Notes: a model not told the origin generated them from the sequence alone. A DNA stretch of 64,000 bases from Akkermansiaceae bacterium (GCA_051251915.1 JBPOGF010000001.1:367451-431450), one strand, 5' to 3'. Positions 56,422 to 64,000 are shown, counted from the stretch's first letter. A program made the numbers and translations.

Positions 56422-56859
56422 ATGATTAGCTTAGATTTAACGAAGGAAGTTCCGAGAAGCCCAAGAGAAACTGTGGGTGGTTATGTTGTTGCCGGTAGAA
56501 CGCTGGATAAGTGTCGAGCAGTGGTGGCTGGAACGAATGGGGAATACCATTATGATTGCCCGCTAGATAATGTGTTTTTTGATTTCACGGGGATCAGCGC
56601 AGATCAGTTTAAGGAGTTTGTTGGCACAGGTGCTGATGATGAGGCTGTGGCGGCTTGGATTAAGGAGAATGCTACGGAGCATACTCAGGAAGAGATTGTT
56701 CAGTGGAATAATGATCTTCGTTATAAGCGCATTAGCGAGATGCCGATTGAGTTGCAGGTATTTATTGAGGGGTATATTCCTGAGTGTTTGCCAAAGGGGA
56801 GTATTGTTTATTACTGGTTTGATATTTATGATATCGAGGAAGGTAGAATTAAGCAGTAG
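56422..56859 (+). CDS. DUF5069-like protein
   Basis: DLTKEVPRSPR..VGGYV..GRTLDKCRA...GT.GEYHYDCPLD..FF.F.GI, WFDIYD.EEGR. Confidence 0.8.
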   Translation: MISLDLTKEVPRSPRETVGGYVVAGRTLDKCRAVVAGTNGEYHYDCPLDNVFFDFTGISADQFKEFVGTGADDEAVAAWIKENATEHTQEEIVQWNNDLRYKRISEMPIELQVFIEGYIPECLPKGSIVYYWFDIYDIEEGRIKQ

Positions 56860-56879
56860 GTTCTAAGAGGTTTATATTT

Positions 56880-56917
56880 ATCGTGTCTGGTTGTATTGCT
56901 GGATGCGATTTTTTTTG
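56880..56917 (+). terminator. Intrinsic terminator (G-U-rich stem)
   Basis: atcgtgtctgg-ttgtattg-ctggatgcgat followed by a T-run. Confidence 0.65.
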
Positions 56918-57077
56918 TGTTGGATGATGCTATTATTGTGGTTTTTGCGGTTTTGGGGATCTTCGATCCGTCAGAGGTTGATTGGTTGATTAGTCATTGG
57001 TGGTGGGAGGATGGGTAGCTTGGGTTGCGGGGGATGGGTTGTTTGTTAAATGGGGATTGTGGGAGATATGTTACTGA

Positions 57078-57920
57078 TTATTCTTCTAGTTCGAAGTGGT
57101 TTTGGAGTTTTAGGTCTGAGACTCGCATGTGGGCTAGGAGGTATTCTCGCATGGCTTGGCGGACTTCTAGTTTGAGAATTCCATCTTTGCGGATTCCGTA
57201 GTCCATCTCGATGGCTCGTTTGGCATTTTCGGGGAGTTTGCTGTTGGGTTTTAGTTTGATCGTTTCTAGGGTTTCCCAAGCTTGGTCAGTGGGGAGTGGG
57301 AATGGATGAGGGGAGTTGTTTTCTTTGGTTTGATCTGTAGGCAGATGAGTGGAGGAAATGCGGCTGAGGACGAAATCACGGTAGTCGGCATTCTCGTAAC
57401 AATAGGCGCGGGTGTGCCAGCGATAGCCATCGTGACCGAGGCCGGACGGGGCTATTTCACGCCAGGAGTTCTTGCCGCTGGAGACGCTCCAGTATTGGAT
57501 TTTGAGTTTTTGGGTGTTGAGTAATGCTTGCATGATCATGCGCTCGACCTCGTCTTTTCCTTTACGTGTAGGTAGGCCCATGGACGCTAGTTTTTCGTGC
57601 TGGATCTGTACTGATGTTGGTAGAAAGCCGATGCTTGGTGAGGGGAGAAAGCACCTAATGGCATCTTCCAAGAGTGGCTGGTGGAGGAGGCACTGCATGG
57701 CAGGTGCGGCTTCGTAGCGTTTATGACTGAGGTCATAGACCATGGCTTTTGGGTTGAGCTCCTGGTATTTTTGTAGATCTGAGCTGGATTGAGCGAGACT
57801 GACTCCGAAGATAGCGACGATGTCTTTGCGCTTGATCCATCCACGCCACCAAACTGCGCGCTCGATAGCTCTTAATCGTTCTTGAGCTGCCCAGTTTTCT
57901 TCATTCGTGATATTCCCCAT
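57078..57920 (-). CDS. WYL-domain transcriptional regulator (CapW-like: wHTH-WYL-WCX)
   Basis: ERLRAIE...WWRG.I.R.DI...FGVS..Q.S.DL..Y (wHTH); I.YWS.SS....REIAP.....DG.RWH.RAYC....YRDFVLSRI (WYL); KPN..L......IEMDYG (dimerisation). Confidence 0.9.
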   Translation of the reverse strand: MGNITNEENWAAQERLRAIERAVWWRGWIKRKDIVAIFGVSLAQSSSDLQKYQELNPKAMVYDLSHKRYEAAPAMQCLLHQPLLEDAIRCFLPSPSIGFLPTSVQIQHEKLASMGLPTRKGKDEVERMIMQALLNTQKLKIQYWSVSSGKNSWREIAPSGLGHDGYRWHTRAYCYENADYRDFVLSRISSTHLPTDQTKENNSPHPFPLPTDQAWETLETIKLKPNSKLPENAKRAIEMDYGIRKDGILKLEVRQAMREYLLAHMRVSDLKLQNHFELEE

Positions 57921-57930
57921 AACCTTTCTA

Positions 57931-57942
57931 AGTCTATAGACT
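57931..57942. promoter_or_regulatory. Perfect 12-bp palindrome, candidate WYL-regulator operator
   Basis: agtctatagact, 11-22 nt upstream of the WYL start codon. Confidence 0.5.
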
Positions 57943-58200
57943 AAAGTTTTTCTTGAGGAAAGTTTAATGTACTAAAAATAGAAGTGTTTGTCTAACCATG
58001 CGTAGAAAACGACACATGACTAACTATTTATCTTTACTCGGAAATCTCAACTATCTATCAGTAATACGAATGTGTCGTTAAAGTTTACTTATTATTTTGT
58101 TTTTTCTACAAAATATTTGTAACCATGGCAACTAAAACCCCTAACAAGCTATTAACCCCGGTTCTATAAAAAAAAATTAGAAACTAAAAAAAACGAATCA

Positions 58201-58653
58201 ATGCCTATTAAACAAAGAACCTATCGGATAGAATACGGACAGAACTATTTTCATCCTTCTTCGTCTATTCCAATCGATGTATTAGATGTACTAGATTGTA
58301 TTAATGCTTCAGAAGGCGATGCCTTCTTGGAGATCTGTTGCGATGCTGGCTACGCGATCCAGACGCTGCGCACGGCGGAGGGATTTATAGTAGAGATGAG
58401 GTATCTCTTAAATGATGGTGATGGTGATGATTTTGCGCATTATCGTGCATGGGACTGCTCGCATCATTCTGATCCTGGAGCGGCTGAGCAGCTTGGGTGT
58501 GAATGGGGGGCGCATTTTAGAGAACGAGATTATTTGAATATTTATCAGGCGGCTTCGATCATTACGAAGTTTAAGGCGTTAGGGGAATCATTTGAACTGC
58601 CTGTTGCTAAAGGCATTCACTGGCGGGATGTTACCGATGAATTTCTTCAATGA
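58201..58653 (+). CDS. Hypothetical acidic protein divergent from the WYL gene
   Basis: 150-aa ORF with A-rich leader and a downstream hairpin; no family recognised. Confidence 0.75.
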   Translation: MPIKQRTYRIEYGQNYFHPSSSIPIDVLDVLDCINASEGDAFLEICCDAGYAIQTLRTAEGFIVEMRYLLNDGDGDDFAHYRAWDCSHHSDPGAAEQLGCEWGAHFRERDYLNIYQAASIITKFKALGESFELPVAKGIHWRDVTDEFLQ

Positions 58654-58665
58654 CAGGCCCTAAAT

Positions 58666-58684
58666 GCACCTGAGTTTCAGGTGC
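58666..58684 (+). terminator. Hairpin after the orphan gene
   Basis: gcacctga-gtt-tcaggtgc: perfect 8-bp stem, no U-tail. Confidence 0.45.
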
Positions 58685-58905
58685 GAGGCGATGTGGTTCC
58701 AGGTAAGGCTTAAGGAAATGCTGTGATTAGTGACTAGGAAGGAGTGTGAGAGGGAGTGCCCGCGTGTTGGTGGTGATGGTAGGTTGCCCTTGCAGGGGTT
58801 GTTGGGATTGGTGTTGAGGGGCGATGCTCAAGGTTGGCATCGGTAGTCTTTTTGGGTCGTCGAGGATAGTGGAGGGGGGCGATTGCGTGAGGTTGTTTAT
58901 ATTAA

Positions 58906-59433
58906 GTGATTGGGGTTGATCTGTGGAGGGGGGAGGGTTTAAATGGGATGATGAATGGTGGTGATGATATTGTGATGAGGCCGACGGAGATGATTGAGCA
59001 TCCTGAGGGTGGGAGATTTAAGGAGGTGTTTAGGTCTGGGGAGAGGGTTGTGCGTTTGGGGGATGGGAGTGAGAGGGATGCTCTGACGCATATTTATTTT
59101 TCGTTGAGGGCGGGGGAGGTTAGTAAGTTCCATAAGGTGACTTCTGATGAGGTGTGGAATCTTTATAGGGGGGATGGGATTAGGTTGTATTTGTGGGATG
59201 GGAGTTCTGAGGAGCCTAGGGTGGTGGAGTTGTCTGAGGGTGAGGGTGTTTATTGTTGTGTGGTGCCGGCGGGGGTTTGGCAGGCGGCGGAGCCTGTTTG
59301 TGATGGTGATGGGGAAGAGGTATTGGTGGGGTGTAGTGTGGGACCTGGGTTTGAGTTTGAGGATTTTGAGTTGATTGATGGTGGGGGTGAGGTTGCTGGG
59401 TTGTTGGGTGAGGAGTGGGTGAGGTTTGTGTAA
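58906..59433 (+). CDS. Cupin_5 (DUF985-like) protein
   Basis: HPEGG.FKE, T.IYF.L, S.FH.V.SDE.W, VVPAG.WQAA, LVGC.V.PGFEFEDFEL. True start probably 58948 or 58951. Confidence 0.9.
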   Translation: MIGVDLWRGEGLNGMMNGGDDIVMRPTEMIEHPEGGRFKEVFRSGERVVRLGDGSERDALTHIYFSLRAGEVSKFHKVTSDEVWNLYRGDGIRLYLWDGSSEEPRVVELSEGEGVYCCVVPAGVWQAAEPVCDGDGEEVLVGCSVGPGFEFEDFELIDGGGEVAGLLGEEWVRFV

Positions 59434-59457
59434 GGGAAGCATAAAGGAAAAAGGAAA

Positions 59458-59763
59458 ATGTGCCTTGCTAAGCGCCGAAGCGAAGAGCTTTACGATGTGG
59501 TAAAGGACCCTAAATGTCTAATAGATCTCTCAGCTAAGCCAGAATATGCAGAGCAGATGGTAGCCTTGAAGAAGGAAATGTTTGCAGAATTAACGAAGCA
59601 AGGTGATCTTCGTATGAATGGAAAAGGAGCTTGGTATGAAAGCTCTGCAAATCCCTATGGCAAAACAGATGAGATGAATTTTTACCAGAGAGTAAAGGAT
59701 GGAGAAAAGATCAGAAATCGATCTAAAGAATATGAAAGACCAGACTTGGAAGATGGTATGTAG
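59458..59763 (+). pseudogene. 5'-truncated sulfatase (C-terminal fragment only)
   Basis: KRRSEELYDVVKDP...DLS.KPEYAE...LKKEMFAEL..QGD.R is a sulfatase C-terminus; no CxPxR region or signal peptide; begins at a composition break. Confidence 0.75.
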
Positions 59764-60729
59764 GGAGCTTGCCTTGAGCTTCCAGCAACCCTAAATGAAA
59801 CAATGCCCCTCTTTGAGATGAAATCTATTATGAAACTAAATCCAATTTTTTCAGTTACAATATCGTTTGCCGTATTGAGCAGTCTTAGCGTGTATGCTGA
59901 AGACCTGCTTAATCTTCAGTCTTTTAAAGAAAAGACAGGATGGAACATGGTGCAAAGTGGTGCAGTTAATCCAGCTAAACCGACAGACCTCATCGTGAAG
60001 CCTGGAGATGGGCAGATCCTGAGTAATGGTCAGCGTAAGAGCAAAGCTGCCTACCTCACGACAAATAAGAAATGGGCGGATCATGAGATCAATGCCGAAT
60101 TCCTGATTCCTAAGAGCTCTAATTCAGGGTTCTACGTGCTTGGCCGTTATGAGATCCAGGTGCTCGATTCATTTGGTAGAAAAGAACCCACCATCAGTGA
60201 CATGGGGAGTCTCTACCAACGTTGGGATAAGAGCCTTAAGAAGCAAAAACTGGAACCTGGCTACGAAGGAGTAGCTCCTCTCGTCAATGCGGCACTTCCA
60301 TACGGAGAATGGCAAACCATCAATATCAAATTCAGAGCACCACGCTTCGATGCAAAAGGGGCTAAGGTCTCCCATGCACACTTTGTCGAGGTGACGATTA
60401 ACGGAAAAGTGGTGCAAAAAAATATCGATGCCAAAGGACCAACTCGAGCGGCTCCTCTAACTGATGAAGCGGCTTCAGGCCCGCTTACTATCCAGGGTAA
60501 CCATGGGCCGATTTTAATCCGTAAGCTAGATATCACCAGTCGTGATTATTCAGACATCCAGCTTCCAGCACTTCCAGAGGTAAAAAAACTTCGCCAATGA
60601 CCCCGTTAATAGACCAAAAGGAATGGTAAAACAGATGAGATGAATTTTTACCAGAGAGTAAAGGATGGAGAAAAGATCAAGAATCGATCTAAAGAATATG
60701 AAAGACCAGACTTGGAAGATGGAATGTAG
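59657..60729 (+). repeat. 107-bp direct repeat pair (59657-59763 and 60623-60729) flanking the DUF1080 gene
   Basis: atggYaaaacagatgagatgaatttttaccagagag...cttggaagatggWatgtag; 4 mismatches in 107. Confidence 0.95.
59830..60600 (+). CDS. Exported DUF1080 (3-keto-glycoside hydratase-like) protein
   Basis: Signal peptide; EF.IP..SNSG.Y..GRYEIQVLDS, GEWQT..I.FRAPRFD, GPL.IQG.HG....R. Start could be 59803 or 59818. Confidence 0.88.
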   Translation: MKLNPIFSVTISFAVLSSLSVYAEDLLNLQSFKEKTGWNMVQSGAVNPAKPTDLIVKPGDGQILSNGQRKSKAAYLTTNKKWADHEINAEFLIPKSSNSGFYVLGRYEIQVLDSFGRKEPTISDMGSLYQRWDKSLKKQKLEPGYEGVAPLVNAALPYGEWQTINIKFRAPRFDAKGAKVSHAHFVEVTINGKVVQKNIDAKGPTRAAPLTDEAASGPLTIQGNHGPILIRKLDITSRDYSDIQLPALPEVKKLRQ

Positions 60730-60757
60730 CAACTAGAGTGAACCGAAGCGTAGATCT

Positions 60758-62233
60758 ATGAAAAAAAATTACTTGTTACCATTAATACTCATTGCTCTCA
60801 GTTTCAACGCTGTAGCTGCTGAACCGCCTCGAAAACCGAATGTTTTATTTCTGATTTCTGATGATTTGAATACCGCGTTGAGTGGGTTTGGTCACAAACA
60901 GTGTAAAACACCTCACCTTGACCGCTTGGCTAGAGAAGGAGTGAAGTTTGAGAGTATGCATTGCCAGTATCCTGTCTGTGGCGCATCACGTGCATCGATC
61001 ATGTCGGGACTCTATCCATACACGAATATGACGATGGGTAATGGAGGAACCTTACGTAGGAGTATGCCTGATGTGGTAACAATGTCACAAGCCTTCATGA
61101 ACGAAGGCTACTACACCGCGCGGGTGAGCAAGATCTACCATATGGGAATTCCGATGGAGATTATCGATGGCACAGCCCATAGCGATGACCCTAAATCTTG
61201 GAATGAAGCGTTTAATATAAAGGCCCCAGAACAAAATGCGCCAGGGAAGAAGACTAATTGGTCTCCTAAAGATACGGGTTCACAGGCATTTGTTGGGGTC
61301 GTTTCCTCTAACAGTGATGCGGAGCATGCTGACGGGATGGCTGCCGATAAAGCGATTGAAATTCTAGGCAAGGTAAAAGATAAGCCGTTCTTCCTTGCAG
61401 TTGGCTTTGTGCGTCCGCATGTGCCATTGGTGGCACCTGAGAAGTATTTTAATTTGTATAATCAGGATGAAATGCAGCCTCCAGTCGTACCTGAAAATGA
61501 TCTTGATGACGTTCCCGAGACAATACGTGATTATAAGGGCAACAAAGGGTATGGCATTACTGCTGAATCGCATAAAGGTCTTCTGAGGGCTTACTATGCG
61601 AGCGTATCCTATATGGATGCGCAGGTCGGACGTGTTTTGGATGCCCTTGAGAAGAATGGTCTAAAGGATAATACGATTGTCGTTTTCACCAGTGACCATG
61701 GTTATCTTTTGGGAGAACATGATAAGTTTCAGAAAATGCACCTTTTTGAAGAAGCGACTCGTGTGCCGTTTATCGTCAGTGTGCCGTGGATGAAATCAGA
61801 GCATGGCAAAGGCACGGTGAAGCTCACCGAGCTGATAGACTTGTATCCGACACTTACTGACCTAGCAGGGATAACTGCTCCTGCCAGCTTGCAGGGGAAG
61901 AGCTTGAGCCCACTACTTAAAGACACGGACTTAGCAACATGGTCAACAGAGGCTGTGTTTACCGTTTCCCGGAGTGGTGGCGAGTCTCTACGGACAAAGG
62001 ACTGGCGTTTTACCCAATGGGGATTCGGGAAGTTAGGTAAGTCTGGGATGGAATTATACGATTTAAATAAAGATTCTGGTGAATTCACGAATCTAGCGAA
62101 TAATCCTGAATATGCAGCAGTGCTAGAAAGCATGAAAAAACAACTACATGCGAAGCGTGATGACGCTGGATACGCAAACTTTGTTGCTAAAAAGGGCGGT
62201 AATAAAAGTCGCAAGAACAAGAAACAGAAATAA
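60758..62233 (+). CDS. Exported S1 sulfatase (iduronate-2-sulfatase/choline-sulfatase-like)
   Basis: KPNVLFLISDDL, TPHLDRLA, VCGASRASIMSG, KIYH, PFFLAVGF.RPHVP, SDHG..LGEH, ELYD. Confidence 0.93.
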   Translation: MKKNYLLPLILIALSFNAVAAEPPRKPNVLFLISDDLNTALSGFGHKQCKTPHLDRLAREGVKFESMHCQYPVCGASRASIMSGLYPYTNMTMGNGGTLRRSMPDVVTMSQAFMNEGYYTARVSKIYHMGIPMEIIDGTAHSDDPKSWNEAFNIKAPEQNAPGKKTNWSPKDTGSQAFVGVVSSNSDAEHADGMAADKAIEILGKVKDKPFFLAVGFVRPHVPLVAPEKYFNLYNQDEMQPPVVPENDLDDVPETIRDYKGNKGYGITAESHKGLLRAYYASVSYMDAQVGRVLDALEKNGLKDNTIVVFTSDHGYLLGEHDKFQKMHLFEEATRVPFIVSVPWMKSEHGKGTVKLTELIDLYPTLTDLAGITAPASLQGKSLSPLLKDTDLATWSTEAVFTVSRSGGESLRTKDWRFTQWGFGKLGKSGMELYDLNKDSGEFTNLANNPEYAAVLESMKKQLHAKRDDAGYANFVAKKGGNKSRKNKKQK

Positions 62234-62246
62234 CGATCACCACTTT

Positions 62247-63665
62247 ATGAAAACAAATCATCTTTTATTCATCATCATGTACGCCCTCAGCTTCAACGCT
62301 GTAGCTGCTGAGACACCTCAAAAACCAAATATCGTGCTGATCATGACGGACGATGCGAGCTGGGAGTGTTTTGGTCCTTATGGTGCGGAGGATTATAAGA
62401 CGCCGAATATTGATCGTTTAGCCGAGCATGGTGTAAAGTTCGAGCATTGCTATTCTACCCCGATCTGCACGACTTCACGGGTGATGATCATGACGGGAAA
62501 GTATAACTTCCGCAACTATACCCATTTTGGATATATAAGTCCCAAGGAGAAGACCTTTGGGAATATGATGCAAAAGGCAGGCTATAAAACAGCTATTGCC
62601 GGGAAATGGCAGCTCAACGGGGTCCACCATCAGGGAGCAAATTTAGCTGGTCACGCTGACAACACACGGGTCAATAAAGCGGGTTTTGATGAATACGCCC
62701 TGTGGCAAGTAACGAAGGGAAAGAATGAAAAAGGCGGTGGCGAGCGATTTTGGAGTCCGCCGTTGGAGATTAACGGTGAATTTATAGGATCGGAGAAGAA
62801 TCAAGGTCAATACGGACCTGATATGATGAGCGATTTCATCTGTGATTTTATCAAACGCCATCAGGATAGGTCGTTCTTTATCTACTATCCCACTACCTTA
62901 GTTCACGATCCATTTGTCCCTACTCCAGATACGATCGGCAAACAATCTCGCGGGCAGGAAGCCAATAAAGCGCCTAAAAACAGGGCACAGAAAAAGGAAA
63001 ACTTCGTAGCGATGGTCAACTATATGGATAAGATTGTAGGGAAGATTGTCAAACAACTGGAAGATGTCGGGCAGTTAGAGAACACGCTAATTATCTTCAC
63101 GTCCGATAACGGAACTCATACGCCCATTCAATCAAACTGGAATGGACGTGTGATTAAGGGAGGAAAGGGCGACACCAAGAATATGGGTACACACGTGCCT
63201 TTGATTGCCTACTGGAAAGGCAAGAGTCCAGAAGGTGCTGTTTGTGAGGATTTAGTTGATTTCACTGATGTTTATCCAACACTAGCTAAACTTGCAGGAG
63301 TAGAGCTCGGAGAAGATGATCCTAAAGATGGACAGAGCTTTCTGCCTCAAATTCTAGGACTCAAAACGACTCCCCGCACCCACGTGCTCTGTCACTATCA
63401 GCCCTATATGAAGTTCGGGAGTAAACATGCAGGAGCGTTTGTGCGGACCGACCGTTTCAAGCTCTATGCCGATGGAAGATTTTACGATATTGCCAATGAT
63501 CTGGACGAAGAAAAGAATCTCGCTAAAACAATGAGTGGAGAGCAGGCAACGACTGCTCACAAAAAGCTTAAGGCTCTCATCGAGCAGGCACCACCTGTGG
63601 CAAAGGGTGATGGCGAGAGTATGGAACGCCCACTGCATCCCGACTGGCCACTGATGAAACCATAG
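62247..63665 (+). CDS. Exported S1 sulfatase (arylsulfatase A-like)
   Basis: ATG 62247 plus signal peptide; KPNIVLIMTDD, TPNIDRLA, PICTTSRVMIMTG, AGKWQL, H.PFVPTP, SDNGT, G.HVPLI..W. Confidence 0.93.
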   Translation: MKTNHLLFIIMYALSFNAVAAETPQKPNIVLIMTDDASWECFGPYGAEDYKTPNIDRLAEHGVKFEHCYSTPICTTSRVMIMTGKYNFRNYTHFGYISPKEKTFGNMMQKAGYKTAIAGKWQLNGVHHQGANLAGHADNTRVNKAGFDEYALWQVTKGKNEKGGGERFWSPPLEINGEFIGSEKNQGQYGPDMMSDFICDFIKRHQDRSFFIYYPTTLVHDPFVPTPDTIGKQSRGQEANKAPKNRAQKKENFVAMVNYMDKIVGKIVKQLEDVGQLENTLIIFTSDNGTHTPIQSNWNGRVIKGGKGDTKNMGTHVPLIAYWKGKSPEGAVCEDLVDFTDVYPTLAKLAGVELGEDDPKDGQSFLPQILGLKTTPRTHVLCHYQPYMKFGSKHAGAFVRTDRFKLYADGRFYDIANDLDEEKNLAKTMSGEQATTAHKKLKALIEQAPPVAKGDGESMERPLHPDWPLMKP

Positions 63666-63758
63666 TTTGCAAGAGATAAAAAGAAACCAAAAGCCAAAAA
63701 GAAGTCTAAAAAGTAGCTAGAACACGTTAAAATGTCAGACCTTCTAAGTACTTTCTAA

Positions 63759-63881
63759 GTGCTGGCATCGACAGAGTGGATCGCATCACAGCTGCACATG
63801 GGACATCGAAGTCTGGTGAGCCAAGCAAAGAAATGGTCTAGAGAAACAGAGGAGGGGAAACTATGGATGAAGAAATTATAA
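63759..63881 (+). pseudogene. Probable 3' remnant of a Y1/REP-associated transposase-like gene
   Basis: Read by hand: VLASTEWIASQLHMGHRSLVSQAKKWSRETEEGKLWMKKL*. WIA..L.MGH...VS recalls the C-terminal HTH of verrucomicrobial IS200/RAYT-like proteins. Confidence 0.45.
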
Positions 63882-64000
63882 TAGCGAATAATCAACTTTT
63901 AAGTTAATAACAGTTGCTGACCCGAATGGCGCTAAGTTAAGACCTTAATAAATAGATTTCACACTGTACTAATACCGCTGAAATCGATAATTTGTCTTAT

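Noticed and set aside
62148..62246. N-terminal extension of the second sulfatase given by the ORF track
   Set aside because: It overlaps the previous gene; ATG 62247 gives a clean signal peptide parallel to that of the first sulfatase.
63663..63665. Pyrrolysine recoding of the TAG
   Set aside because: No pyl genes are visible and many other genes here end in TAG; kept only as a generic read-through or remnant hypothesis.
59434..64000. Integron cassette array
   Set aside because: No integrase and no convincing RYYYAAC...GTTRRRY attC palindromes between the genes; the repeats are coding-derived direct repeats.
1..64000. tRNA, rRNA, tmRNA or RNase P RNA genes
   Set aside because: No intergenic region showed a cloverleaf with GTTCRA/TGG boxes or rRNA-like conserved sequence by eye; a covariance-model scan would be needed to exclude small RNAs.

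Overview
A 64-kb chromosomal window from a Verrucomicrobiota bacterium, probably a marine Rubritalea-like lineage. This is inferred from a PEP-CTERM protein, a PVC-type heme/HEAT dehydrogenase, a DUF5069 gene, a PAS-AraC regulator, sulfatases and mostly SD-less starts. It holds about 55 CDS. Housekeeping genes include gpsA, plsY, aspS, moaE, rpmH-rnpA-yidD-yidC, thiD, tal, nadE and hrpB. There are three ECF sigma/anti-sigma pairs, a probable 3-keto-glycoside catabolic locus, a CapW-like WYL regulator with an orphan divergent gene, and a compositionally distinct sulfatase island at the 3' end. I found no rRNA, tRNA or CRISPR array. The + strand is extremely G/T-skewed, with sharp breaks that mark probable insertions. 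The best candidate for an undescribed system is 4991-17754: a rhomboid protease, an ECF sigma, a 1435-aa anti-sigma/vWA protein and a 2310-aa internally duplicated membrane protein. The extracytoplasmic part of the anti-sigma/vWA protein looks like a patchwork of out-of-order secretin-like and Wzc-like fragments. Second candidates are the WYL locus (57078-58684) and the sulfatase island, which shows 107-bp direct repeats and orphan gene ends. All family assignments come from motif recognition by eye; no database search was run.
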